The position numbers and the translations under genes were made by a program. The notes below the pieces were generated by a model, which saw only the letters and a list, made by a program, of their open reading frames with translations, did not search any database and had not been told where the DNA came from. Below are positions 41,896 to 54,789 of a stretch of 64,000 bases of DNA, piece by piece (the first letter of the stretch is position 1; each line of letters opens with the position of its first letter). Source of the DNA: Eremomyces bilateralis CBS 781.70 (lineage: Eukaryota); NCBI GenBank assembly GCA_010015585.1, contig ML975150.1; one strand, given 5' to 3'.

Positions 41896-42453
41896 TTACT
41901 CCCTCTTCCCAACACTCCCATTCGCCCTCCGATAACAATAATCCACCTTCTCCGACGGATACTTGTCACTAAACCACCACCCCGCCCTCTCATCATAGTC
42001 CATATCCGCCGGAAACGGCACCACGTTCCCCTCCGCCTGCGCCATGTAGAACACGCAGTTCTGCCGCGCTTCCCCTAGCGTGAACGCGTACGATTGGCAC
42101 TGCGACACCGCGCGGCAGGCTGCCTGGCATTGCACGACGTCTTTCACGGGCGGGAGATCGGAGTTGAAGCGTCGGTCGGCGAGGAGGGAGGTCGGCGTGC
42201 CGTGGATGTTGCAGCGGGATGATTGGGTGACGGAGGCGACGCCAGGGAGGAGGGTGGGGTTGAAGGGGTCTTTGTCGTCGCGGGAGTCGCTGGGTCGTGA
42301 GGGGGTGCGTCGTGCTGAAGAGAGTTCAGCAGGATGCGTATGTAGGAGTGGCGGAAGGAGGTATATCTCACGTATTAAAGGGACTGCCATCACTTCAAGA
42401 CCGACAATTCCGCCCACAAACATCCAGCTACACCACGCACGCATAGAAACCAT
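41896..42453 (-). CDS. Small, probably secreted Cys-containing PAN/apple-like domain protein
   Basis: Hydrophobic N-terminus; CNIHG...QCQAACRAVSQCQSYAF...NCVFY...WFSDK pattern. Confidence 0.65.
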   Translation of the reverse strand: MVSMRAWCSWMFVGGIVGLEVMAVPLIREIYLLPPLLHTHPAELSSARRTPSRPSDSRDDKDPFNPTLLPGVASVTQSSRCNIHGTPTSLLADRRFNSDLPPVKDVVQCQAACRAVSQCQSYAFTLGEARQNCVFYMAQAEGNVVPFPADMDYDERAGWWFSDKYPSEKVDYCYRRANGSVGKRE

Positions 42454-43172
42454 GGCTTCTTAACAGTGCGTCTTAATTCCTAATATCAGGATGCCAAGAG
42501 AGAAACACCACTGCAGAATCTCAGATCCACAGCGCCATCGCAGATCGCTGAGGGGAAATCAAGCACTCGCAACCGTCAACGCGAAACTAGAAATCGACGG
42601 CCGACCAAGCCGCATGATCTATATAATATGGATAAATGGTATGGGCGTAGTCGGAGAGATGAATCCTTGTGGGGAATATGGCCGGGTTGCGAGGTAATAT
42701 ACAATTAATCTACGAGGATGATGCTTACTCTGCTACCTTGCGTCAGGAGGAGGGACTCCGCTGGCAAAGCGGCTGGAGGGATTCTAGACTTTTGTTATGC
42801 GGTTTGAAATCTATGTTGGTCCGGGTGATCAAGTCGTGGAGAGGAATCGTATGACAGCTCGTTAAGTCGTAAGTGATGTCAGCCTTGGGAGTTAAGGCAG
42901 CCCATCGACCCCTAACTCGGGAGGATCCGAACGATGGGTGGTGGAGCAGCAAAAGAATCGTATTCTCCGACTAGCGGAAAACGTCCGAAGGATGGGGATC
43001 CTTAGGAGGGTTGCATCCCCTAAGCAAAGTAGACCAATTCCAATTGTATATCACCAACGCCGGGCAGAAATGTATTTACACGAAGAGATTAGAGAAACCG
43101 TTCGCCGTCGTACGCCAGGAACCCTCGCTGCCGCTATTTCGCCAACAACGGAAACGTCGCATCGTCTACCGA

Positions 43173-44961
43173 TCACTCCGCGGTCGTGAAAAAGAAATTC
43201 GTTCCCAGACAGACCACCATGACCACTATCCCGTAGATCGCCAACGCCAAACTCATCCGCCGCAGCAACACCCGTCGCCACGTCTTCGTCTTGATCCTTA
43301 GGATCCCGCTCGCGCTCATGATGCCGGCGCCGCTCAGCTCGTCGTCCTCGGCGTCGTCGTACTCCTCGTCGTCGTTCCCTTTCAGCAGGCGCTGATGCTG
43401 GGGGCTATCGGGGCTGCTGATCTTATAGTAAAACAGCCCGGGTAGGATGAAGGAAATGCTGGTGGAGCCGGTGCTGCCGACGTAGGCGAGGACTTTCTCG
43501 AGCGAGGAGACGGTCATGGCGGCGATGTAGGAGAAGACGATGATGGTGGTGGTGAGGGCGGCGAAGCGGAGGTCGGATATAGGGTCGACTTTCGGTTGCG
43601 CGGCGTTGCGGTTGTTCATGATCAGGGTGCTGCGGGACGGGGAGTTTTCGTAGGTGGAGGTCTTGGAGGGGGTGAAGGGGCGCCAGCGAAGGACGGCGTC
43701 GAGGGAGGCGCGGCAGGGGTGGACCTGGAGGGGGTAGGAGAACATGACGAGGATGACGATGGCGGCGCGGCCGATGGTGGAGGAGATTGAAGGTGGATCT
43801 ACCGTTCATTAGGATTGAATAAGAGGCCTGTGAGGGTACTTACACATGCTGACAATGTTGCCGTTGACGTTGCTTCCATAAGACAGGTATCCAGTCAATG
43901 CAACGAGGATATACGTTGCACATGAACTGCCAGCGCTAGCAACAACAACACCCGCTGTTCGGAAGTGAGAGTTGTTCCCGATCTCATTCAGGATGGAGAA
44001 CATCTGGAAACATCAGCATCTCTTCTGGGAACATTGTCTTCTAGAACTTACGTTCTGGTGGCACGTATATGCGAATACGATGACTGGAAAGCTGGCCAGG
44101 GCATCAACCGGCCCACTCCACCCAAAATAATGAATCTCTCCCCGATCTTTAAAGGTATCGCCCTTGACAAAATGGGCTACCACCAAGATAACGAGATACC
44201 CGATGGATATTAAAGCGATAACGCTGGTATATTTCAACGAATCGAGTCGTCGGAGGAAGGATAGGGGTATAACAATCAACCTGTCATCGTCAGCCACATC
44301 CACATACAATAGAATACGATGTTGTTCATACATGAACGCAGTAATCCAAAAATGTCGATCGACGAGATATCCGATGTCTCCTGCACTGTCGCTAAACCCC
44401 TTCACCACACCAGGCATCAGATCTCCGATGATGATCAGATAGCTGACACCCACGCCAAAGCATTTGACCGCGATCGCCGCATCGAATATGACGGCGGCGT
44501 TCGGGTATGTGATCTGTGAGAGGGCGAAGAACGACGCGGCCCCACGGTCGAGATATTGTGCGCATCGTGTTTGGAGATAGAGTCCAAATCCGGCGGTCAG
44601 GGCCGACCATACTATCACGAATACGCCGAGTGTGACCCCTAGATGTGACATGGCGGATGGCATGGCGAGGACTCCGGCACCGACAACTGTAATCCGGTTA
44701 ACGATGTGTCTGGTTCCTGATCGAGTGGCCGTATCTTACTTGTGTTCACGAGGTTGATGACACTACTGGACCAGCTCGCAGACCCGGCAAAGCCCATCGA
44801 TTTGGTACTTCTTCTTGGTCTGTATTGAATTAGTCCTAACTGGTTCCGACAAGTCGTTCTTCGATGTCATCGCATTACCTTCGCCCTCGTGACGATGCCG
44901 CACTCCCTGGCCGCCCTTCCAATTCGTCCGGCATGGAATTGATGGCAGCGTAGCTCGCCAT
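43173..44961 (-). CDS. Vacuolar amino-acid transporter (AAAP/Aa_trans, Avt5/6/7-like), multi-exon
   Basis: ASWSSVINLVNT|IVGAGVLAMPSAM; AIAVKCFGVGVSYLIIIGDLMP; FAYTCHQN; GSTGSTSISFILPGLFY. Confidence 0.92.
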
Positions 44962-45869
44962 CTTATTACGACTTCTCAACCGTTTACCCAAGTGGGCGTG
45001 GTGTTAGGGATCCAATGGAGGCATACGGTATCTCTGGGTGACAGCCAGGCTGGGAATACGAACTCGACACGCAGCAGCGATCGAATCGAATGTAGGAAGG
45101 ATAGTGGCTTTCGTATCGCAGACAACTCTTCGTAGGGTCGAATTGGCGTTTCGATTTCGGCCGATTTCAAGTCTAGGGATATGAAAGTGTGGAAGTATGT
45201 CACACGATGGCTCAGTTCTCAAATCCGATGGCGCAACTTGTCGCAACTGACAGGAACGAGCGGAGGTCGATACCATGAGCCACAAATAGAGTACGTATGG
45301 CTGTACGGGGTTTACTATCGCTACACGCCCTCGGCCCGCTGTTTAGTACTTGAGGGGTACGGACTATTACGGAGACTACCGTACTAATAATAAACTCACC
45401 TTCCCTTCCCCTTATATTATCCAATCTCCCAGCTCATCGTCTCGTAATATTGTTTTCTTTTTGAACAATTGGACAGGATTTTTTCATTTTTGAGGTCTTC
45501 AATCTCGTAGGTTGGGTTCCGGAACAATGAAGGAGTTGAGCGACGATCTCCTGATAATTTCCCAAACATGACAGAATATGAATACTAACGGTTACAAATT
45601 TGGCTTTTGTTTAAGCAGTTTCTATAGGTTGAATCTTCTGACTGATTCTTTGCTGTCATTTTCTTTCCTAATTATCACGATGAAGAAGTTAAAGCAGCTT
45701 GTAAGGCGCTCCTGTCCAAGCAGATGAGATCGGAAGAGTTGCTCGGCTCGCCTTTACGCCGTCGTACCATAACGTTCTAGCGGAATCATATCATATGCAA
45801 GAGCAGGGCTACTGTTCATCAATCGGGACCTCCAGTACCTACTTCACAACTTTCACCGGCAATAGTGCA

Positions 45870-46645
45870 GAGCAACCAGTCTTGTTCGAATACACCCCTC
45901 TCCCGAGCCCCAACTACTTCCGCCTCCTGGTTCTGGATCTCTTAGGATGCGTACATCAGCGACTTGAGGTTAACCCGCCGCATTTTATCATCAGTGTGAG
46001 GGAGGTCAAAGGACTGTCGGGTGGAACTCAGTGCTAGTTTGTCTTCAACCCTGACGACCGCGGACTGAATGGTAAAGGCCGGAAATTCGGCCGCATCTGG
46101 GCAGTTTCTCGGCCATGGAAGGTGAACAGCACGACGAACATGCCAGGAGATTTGTGGAGGCAAATTGGAAAGTATGCTAGCAGTCTGGTCGAGTACATCG
46201 GCACCTGGTTCGATGTAGTGAAATCTCGAAGTGATGTACTGGCTCACCTCACAGCCGCCGCGTACGGGGACTAGAGAGTCGCTCCTGAACCCTTCGACAC
46301 CGCGGTCCGATGCCTTGGCGTGTTGTTGGACTGCGCTGCCGCACGCGATACAGTGCAGCGAACTATGTTGTTGGATCCTCAGGATGAGAGGATGGTCAGA
46401 CTTCGAGCTGGAGACTACTGCGTCAGCTCGACCATGAGGAGGACCATTGCAATGATCGGGAATTATATGACTTGGAATACCATAATTAGAACTACGAAGG
46501 ATGGGATCGGGATGGCAATATGTAGTCCAAGATTAGGGGATCAGGTAGGTAGTCGAGCTTCATGAGTGTGTTCGCGAGCTTGATTAGACCTTGTCCTGGG
46601 GGATATCACTATGTTGGGCCAGCGTTCATTAATGAGATAGACGGG
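45870..46645 (+). pseudogene. Degenerate HET-domain (heterokaryon incompatibility) gene relic
   Basis: LFEYTPLPSPNYFRLLVL resembles the HET N-terminal YxPL..RLLxL motif. RRTI...RTTKDGIGMAICSPRLGDQV resembles the HET-6-type C-terminal motif. The core is absent and the frames are broken. Confidence 0.5.
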
Positions 46646-47089
46646 CCATCGTTTAATGTGACTGTAAGGTATGGCGTATGGTTTATTTTGCATTAGTGTC
46701 AATATTTTTAAACCTCTTGCATCAATGGTCAGCGAACGGGTTCACGTCCCTTCTCATGTCCGCCTCATGATTGGAATCAGTCAATCAGATAGACGTTCAA
46801 GGACACGACCCATGGTGTCATATCTGCTTTCATTCATACCCTTGTGTAATCATCAACCTCAACTTGAACCGGAACCTTCCTTGTATTCATTTAAAACGCT
46901 TCTAGCTTGTCAATAACTTCTTCCAGCGGACAAACGACGTCGCTGTAAATTTTCCTCTGCAGCTCCGGTCCCCCCAAGATCGCTCCCGAGCAAAATCGCA
47001 ATGGATTAACTTTCGAACAATCTTACCATACCATCTCCCGAAAACCATCAAGCGGATAGATACACGTCTTAACGTGTCCATCGAATCGC

Positions 47090-48060
47090 CTTAGAAATCA
47101 CCTCAAAGTCCTGGAAGGGGCCCGTGCAGTGATTATCCCCTTCGGAAGTTCGGATTTAAATTCGTCCTTCCCTCCACTAGATCTTTGAAGTCGTCGTCCA
47201 AGTCAAACCATTTTCGAATCGGTGCTCTCGGGTGATCTTTCCCAAACCCATCCTGATGGATCTGGAAGACCTGGCCGTACGGATTGTCGGCATCGAGATG
47301 CTTTCCGATCAGCGCGTTGACACTATCCAGCTGGCCAAAGTATGACATTTGGCAGCCGATGATCGCGACCAGTCGCTCAATTTTGCCGCCGTCGAGCTCC
47401 GACTCGGGGACGTCGAAAATAACGTGCTTCATAACTGCGTAGATCATCTAACAGCTTTCATGAACTGGTCCTCCAGAATGGGAGGATGTGTGACAACTTA
47501 AGACAATCGCAAATGAGAAGACGTCGGACGGCTTGTGGATCGGGCCACAGGAATGGGCTTCAAGTCCCCGCTACAGTTAGTTTCCAGCTTGCTTTCCGAT
47601 GACCACCGTGTTCGGTGGAAGATGAGCGGCATCCTCCAAGTCGGCGAGCTGGACTTTTTCGATATTGATACCACCGTCGGGAAGCTCCGTCCAGTCGATG
47701 AACACGTTATCCACTTTGATATCTGAATCACTAGCTACCTATAATGAATATACGCGATAGAACATGCCTGTGTGAATGATCTCTTGATCGTGTAATTCCG
47801 CAATCCCAAGAAGTGCGTCTTTCAGGGTTTTCTTCGTGGTCGATATTGGTAGCCCTTTCTGGGCAAGCTGGAGGAGATGACCGGTAAAATATTCGAACAC
47901 GAACGTTGACTTTCCCGGAATGACGTCTTTGTAAAGTCGAAGAATTGAATGAGGTAGAGCAATGGTTCGGAGGACTTTGCCAGATGAGCACAAAACTTGG
48001 CCTCCGCGCATGATAAACAAAGAGTGGCCAGGAAGTATTTGCATCATTGACAGCTTGCGA
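47090..48060 (-). pseudogene. Fungal protein-kinase-like pseudogene
   Basis: FVFEYF...KDALLGIAELHDQEIIHT|DIKVDNVF...VQLADLEDA...AGN*L*RGLEAH...KPSDVFSFAIV; in-frame TAA (47579-47577) and TAG (47573-47571). Confidence 0.8.
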
Positions 48061-49112
48061 CCCCAGGTCGAAACGCTGAAGGTGAGGGTGGTGCGGGCAG
48101 CAAAGGAGGTCAAGAAGAACGGGAACATGAGAATGGGAATAAGGGGAGTCTAAGCGATCAATCCAACGTTGACACGAGATAAGATTGCGGAGAACATACT
48201 ACTATATGACTTGAAGAGAAAACGCACAATACGATATACAGGAGAATAGTAGCTAGACACCTTGCTATGACATTGATGTAGGAGAAGGGACGGAAAACTA
48301 ACGACTGTACTGAAAGTCAGGGGAACATGAACGGTGGACTTCAGGGGCGTAGGAGAGCAGAGTCAAAAGATCGCGAAGGATTGGTTGTAGATGGTGACAT
48401 ATATTTATCTGGGTAGAGCATCCAATTCCATGAAAGGGCCTTATGCTATCCTTTTAGTTTCGCAGGAGAATAAGGCGATAGCTATGAAATACTCTGCTTG
48501 TGTCTTTCGCATTAAGGTATCTTTGTCGTCGCTGAGTGAGCAACGACTCAAACGAGGTTGACTTTGTTGTCAAGAACGTGAAATAGGCGTAGACTTGCAT
48601 AGCAATTATGATTGGTTCATATATTACACAATCAATAAAATAGCGCGCTAAAAAACTTAGTAAGACACCAAGTGAGGGTTGGACAGGTTCGATTTAAAGG
48701 TAACGTGACCTGCAAAAATTTCATTCAGCCAATCAGAGGGAGTCGCATTGGAAAATCCACAGAAAGTGAAATAAAGAGATGCCTGAGGAAAAATTATAAA
48801 CGAGCTCTGATTGGCTTGTCACTTTCTCATTGTCTTACACGAGTCATTTTAAATACCGAATAGCGTACACATGAGTCGATTTTGATGTTTACTACCCCTT
48901 CATCGTCCGTCTCTGAATTGATATGACGAATATGCGAATGCTCAATCCCGATCGGAACGGAACATACGAACAGCCACGTACTGTCTTCGACCCCTCGAGC
49001 CATACACCCAACAAAAAACCTGTCGGAGAGGCCTACAGCTTGAGTCTCCCGCATCCAAAGCTCCACGACATCCATCCCACACCGACACGTTCACGAAGCA
49101 ATCTCACCGACA

Positions 49113-49803
49113 ATGGAGCCGTCACTAGAAGACATCGCGATCCACACACTCACCTCCCTCGAATCGCGTCTCCGGCGTCTTGAATTCCTCCTCTACGGAA
49201 GTATCCCCTCACCCGACTCAACCAGCGACGACGCTCCCTCTCCACCGCAATCCACGATCTCCCGACGGCTCAAGAAGCTAGAAGAAGGGACACAAAAACT
49301 CCACTCGAGCCATCCGGATATAGTGAAGATTATATGGTTGAGTATGTCCCTCCGCCGTAGCGAACTACCCAGACTAGTCAAACTAATATCTTCATTACAT
49401 AGAATCCCGCTTTCCCGACCTCTTCTCTCCGTCTCCTACCTCCGAAACCACCATCCCCCCCCTCCCCTCCCAACTTACCACTCTCCTTTCCCATGCCCCC
49501 CTAATTCACACCACCCGCTCCTCCCTACACTCCCTACACTCCCTCCTCCCGCTCCTCTCCTCCACCTCCCCCCTCACGCACCTCCTCGCCGCCTCCCCGC
49601 AGCTCTCCGCGACCCAGACAACCCTCATCGATCAGGCGGCGCAGGTTGCGGAGCTCCGGCGTGAGAGCGCGGAGGTGGTGTGGCGGTGGCAGGAGGCTTT
49701 TGTGATTGCGCAAGGGGGGTGCTGGGCGGAGTGGGAGGAGAGGGTTGGGGGGGTGGAGGGGTGGGTGAGAAGAGGTGAGAGGGAGAGGGAGGAGGAGGGG
49801 TGA
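49113..49803 (+). CDS. ro-10: Nuclear distribution protein RO10 / dynactin p24 (DCTN3)-like (exons 49113-49341, 49403-49803)
   Basis: IHTLTSLESRLRRLEFLLYG...LK|SRFPDLF...QAAQVAELRRESAEVVWRWQE...QGGCWAEWEERV. Confidence 0.8.
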
Positions 49804-51661
49804 GTGCTGGATTGGAAGAGTAAGATTTTTGAGACGATCGGGAAGGCGGATGGGTGAGATGGCGATTGAGAGATTGGGGGAGAGGGATAAATGTCGTTGC
49901 AAGCCATCCGATCCGATCCATCCGGCGGGCGAAGAGACGAGTCGGGGCTGTCCCAACTCCCAACCCAATATCAATGGGGCTGTGATTCGAAAGTATCATC
50001 TGCGTCATGCACCGTCGCGATTGCACCCCGGGTGAGTCACCGTGGTTGGAAACACCGCTGCGGGAGAACCGGACAGGTGATGCGCATTCGGCTGATCAGG
50101 ATTCAGGATGCGGCGGAAGAAAGTCACGATGAGATTTGGAGCAGGAAGTGTATGGTGGCCAGTTGATGTCGAACATGTCACGGAAGATCGGAATTGATTA
50201 CCTGTGGCGATATACTTCTTGGTCACGATGGTCGTTTTCCTGTCATACTATTTGTGGTTTCATCGAGCGACGTGGACGAAGGACATTAGGTCAAACAAAT
50301 ATCGATACAACATAGACGACGGTCCAGTGACGTTGAGCGAAACGAAACGCTTACCCACATCTCCTACAATGGATGTTGCTTGCTGTGCTTAGGCGTTTAC
50401 GTTCGCTGTGCCCTGTTTCACGTATTTCCAAACCAAACATCCTACGAGCCTACTAAAATCTGCTGTATTCATCTATATGGCTTGGCGACTAGTACTAGAC
50501 ATAGGATGTCCTTCACCAGTCACCATATGTACCTCACCGCCATCCAGTCAATGTCATGATCCCCAACCCACCCTGACGCAGCAATACGGTATTACCGAAG
50601 TATGCAATAATCCAAGTGACGTTGGAAGAATTAACAAAGCCCTAGCTCAGGCGGACCCAGGCGGACCCACGTCGCAAATCACGGCGTTTCAGGACTGTCG
50701 CAGGATCCTCGCGGTCGCACGGAGCTCGTGGCTGCCGTGCCCGGAGGCATAAAATAGATAGCGGCGTGGTGGAGCATAGAGCCGGGTCGTACATTGGCCT
50801 GTGGACCAGATTCAACCTCGAGTCTCGATGAGAAAGTCTGTCCTCATTCCCTCAAGCCGCTGGAACCTGGGATGAGGCTGGCTATGAGGTGCAGATCTGT
50901 CACACTCCAAGCGATACCGTTACAGATTCGTGCGTCATACACTCATACCCTATAAATGCAGTGGTGGAGTTTTGGAGGGAGACACGGATAGGTACCGACT
51001 GTATTACTTCGCTGTCAAGTGTCAAGGTGCCAGAGTCGCTGAGTGAGATGGTGAGGTCGGGTGGCTGCTTGGAAGCTGGAGAGGAGGACTCGAGGCAAGT
51101 GGCCGCCTGACGGCCGGGGAGATGATCCAATTAGCATGCATGTACGGAGCATGGTGGAATGTCTCAATTAATGAAATTCGTCCATGGAAGTCTGGATGAG
51201 GTTAGGAATACGGAATAGGATGTTCCTTCTCGTCGCTTCTAAGTTCTCATCGCCGATCAATATCGCTGGAATGAACTACCGCCGATCATCACTCTATGTT
51301 CCCGCGATGGGAGGTCCCTCCAAGGGCCGAGAGGTTCGACGCAAATGGAGTTCATACGCATAAATTGCAGCCAGCAAGCGCAACCCAGGATTCCGGTTGT
51401 GCCTGCATCCACGAGACGAGAGCCGTGAGGGGATGGTGGAGGGAGGAGGAAAGCGCAGATTGGAAAAGAGGAGCTTGGGGCGGTGTCTGCCAATCAGCGA
51501 GTGTTGACCCCGGCGGAGGCCTTTCTTAAGTTTTGTTGGTTGTCCAGGTTCCTGCGTTGGGGGGCTATTAACCGTTAAATATTAACGGAAGACCCTGCCG
51601 CTGCTTCCCTGCCTCAATTCCGGCGCCTCCTCAGTCTCTAGTCCTTCTCCCAGCAACAGAA

Positions 51662-51693
51662 GAGAACTCGAGAACTCGAGAACTCGAGAACTC
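51662..51693 (+). repeat. GAGAACTC x4 perfect tandem repeat upstream of SHO1
   Basis: Read directly, at the start of a ~900-nt pyrimidine-rich leader. Confidence 0.9.
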
Positions 51694-52570
51694 TAGGTTA
51701 CCCTCGATACGATACGACACTCTGCGCTAATCCACTCTACGCTCAGCCTCAGCTTACCACATTACCACATAGTACACTCTACCTTGTAGCTCTTCACTCA
51801 CTCTGCACTCACGCTGCACTCTCCCGTTCTACAACTCCTCTCTAGCCTCTCCTCTCCTCCAATCCATCCCTCACCGTCCACCCATTTCCTAATTCCTTTC
51901 ATCCCCAGCATTCCATACCGTTGCAACCACCTGCATCGCATCCCCCGTTCAGGTCGATCCGTCCAGTCGATCCGCCCAATTCTCTTCCATCCTTCTTCCA
52001 TCATCCATCGTCCATCCCGTCGGGCGCTTTTTTCTGTATTCCATTGACGTCCTTTGCTTTCTTTAACCCATCCACCCCATATCCCCGTTCTCCGCCTTGC
52101 GTCCGGTCTACCAACCATCCCATTGATTCGGTCCGGCTCCCCCTTCGATAAACGCCTGTGGTCGTCGCGCTTCGTCCAAGACTCGAGTCTATCGTTGGTC
52201 GACGCTTCACTTCTCTTCGCTTGGTCCCTTCTGGTTTCCAATCCATTCCGCCTGATCTTGGTTTGTTGTCGTTTGGAACGCAACAGTCGACGCGACGAAC
52301 GGCCACGACAACTCATCGCCTGATAACGAAGTATATACACGAACCAATTTGGATATCGAACCCAACTGGATCGCATGCATTGCTAGTTTATTCATCCGCC
52401 TACATCGAATAACCTAGCCGGCCCTATCGACCAGCTGACCGACACATCCTCGAGATTCGGTAAAAGAACGTCGTGTCACCATCCATCCACTACAACATCG
52501 TTTACTCCCTTGATCTTCCCTTTCTTCCTCAACCGATAGGAATTAAACGTCCCTTCAACTCCACCCATTG

Positions 52571-53793
52571 ATGCCACCTTACGGCGCACTTCAATCCCCA
52601 TCGTTGCGCAAAATGGAACGAGGATACGGTGATCACAGCCCACGAGGCCGTGGGTTCAGGATTGGATATATCGTTGGCGATCCGTTCGCTTTGTACACGA
52701 TTTCCATCTCAGTGGTAAGTTTGTTCTCATGACACGGTGCACCTTGCGTGCGACAAAGTATCTGTTATAAAGGACGTTTGTTGACAAGTCTTCAATCAAC
52801 AGCTCGCATGGATTATCTCCCTCATCGGCTCCATTGTCGCCGTCGCCGACCGAAGCAAAGCGGATCATGAGATCCCCAACTACACCTGGTGGTCGCTGTC
52901 CTTCAACTTGGTCCTGATTATTGGCATCACAATCATGGTCGGGACGGAGACAGAAATGGATTACTCTGTCGCGGTACGTTTGACCGCTCGGTCCCAAACT
53001 TTCCGATGCAACACATACTAACGCTGTTTAGGTCGTCGGCTTCCTTGGTGCCGCTCTTGTTTTCGATACCTCCTCTATCTCCTCCCTTGTCTATTCTAGC
53101 AATGGAGCCAAAGCCGCTTCCGCTGCTGGCTTCATGGTGCTTAGTATGGTTGCAGTACGTCTCCATGTTCCCCGTAGCCTTTCACCTAGTCCCTACTACG
53201 ACCCACACCCAGACCTTCATCACTAACCTATCTCACAGGTCATCTGGATGTTCTACTTCGGCTCCCACCCGTCTGCTAGCCTCCACGCCTGGGTTGACTC
53301 CCATGCCCTCCACAAGACCCCCGTCGACCGCCCGTCCATGCGTACCTCCCGCGGCATGTCCACCGGATACAAGACGCGCCCTGAAACCTCCATCACCGCG
53401 CAACCTCCCCTGCCGCAAATGTACACCTCCGCGCAACTCAACGGCTTCGAGACCTCCTCCCCCGTCTCTGGCTACGCTGGTGGCCCGGTCGGCGCCAACT
53501 CCGACAACCGCAACAGCACGGCCGCGCGATTCGGCGGTGCGTCCGGCCTGGGCGGTGGAGTAAATGGCACGATGACCGGCCCCGACGGCAACGAGGTCAC
53601 GGCACCGACCGAGTACCCGTACCGCGCGAAGGCCATCTACAGCTACGAGGCGAACCCGGATGACGCGAACGAGATCAGCTTCAGCAAGAACGACATCCTG
53701 GAAGTCAGCGATGTGAGCGGACGATGGTGGCAGGCAAAGAAGGAGACCGGGGAGACGGGGATTGCGCCGAGTAATTACTTGATCTTATTATAG
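52571..53793 (+). CDS. SHO1: High-osmolarity signalling protein Sho1 (4 TM + SH3), 4 exons
   Basis: [16 protein letters not shown]...[37 protein letters not shown]3 [26 protein letters not shown]...GRWWQA...[11 protein letters not shown]. Confidence 0.96.
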
Positions 53794-54789
53794 GGATCGA
53801 GTAATCATTCCGCTTGTTTCTTGTTTTCCGGGTTGGGTTTTTCTTGAACTGCTTGTGGGGAGGTTAAAAGAGGTGGAGGATCCACCAGGGGAAGTCAACT
53901 GGACGACACATATTTATGCCGTTGCTGAGTGTTTGGCTACGAATCCGAAGTGTCATGGACGATTTGCCGGTTTGAATTCCGCTCCCGACCGATGATCTGG
54001 ATCCCGTACCCATGATCTCAGCAGTGCTGTTTGTTGTTGATCCGGAAATACTAAGCTTCACTGGCACGACGGAACGTACATCCGGGGCGCATCTTTTCTT
54101 TCGATTCGATTTCTTTCCACACCCTCCAGGCCGGACTGGACTATTTTCGACCCGTGAGCGGCGACGTGTTCGATATCGGTCGTGCCCTTGCGGCCGCTCT
54201 TATGATACCAAAATGTGGATGTTGGGACCCCGGGGAGCAGAGTCGACGAAACAGATGTCTGTAAAAGTCGGCGGACGACACAAGCCGTCAATTCATGTGG
54301 GCGCTGCAATGTCGGTCGGTCTGTCTCTTGCTCTCTCAACCGGAGGATCCCAACCGGTGTTTCTCGTTCATTCATGTCCGGATCGGCGTTTCATGTGGGA
54401 AATCTCATGGGTCATGGGGAAACTTTATTTTCGTGTGCGAATACATCACAGCGTGCGCCGATTGCGTCGACCGCACTGTTTTTTTCTGAAATGGCGGGAG
54501 GCGATGGGCACGGATGTTGGAATCGGTGGTGTATTGAGTGAGAATGGTACTGGTATCTGCTGTTTGAGTCCCTGGATGGATGGAATGGAAGGAATGTGCA
54601 ATCGTGGCAGGGGAGTGTATGGGAGTAATCTCTGTAACCAGTAGATGGCACTGCGGTACCGTTCCAATGCATTCGAATTCAACTGTGTAATCGCTTCATT
54701 TGGTCTGGTGTGCGTGATCGACACATCTACCAGAAATTCCTTGAGCTATCGGAACGGCGAAGTCACGGCTTGCCCTCGGACAACCACTC

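Noticed and set aside
51662..51693. GAGAACTC x4 as a heat-shock element for SHO1
   Set aside because: The GAA units repeat every 8 bp in one orientation, which does not fit inverted or step nGAAn spacing.
49900..52500. Short ORFs in 50-52.5 kb, 36-37.5 kb, 22.5-24.2 kb and 61.3-63.4 kb
   Set aside because: No motifs or coding bias; these read as promoter or UTR DNA. No tRNA or rRNA was recognised anywhere in the window.
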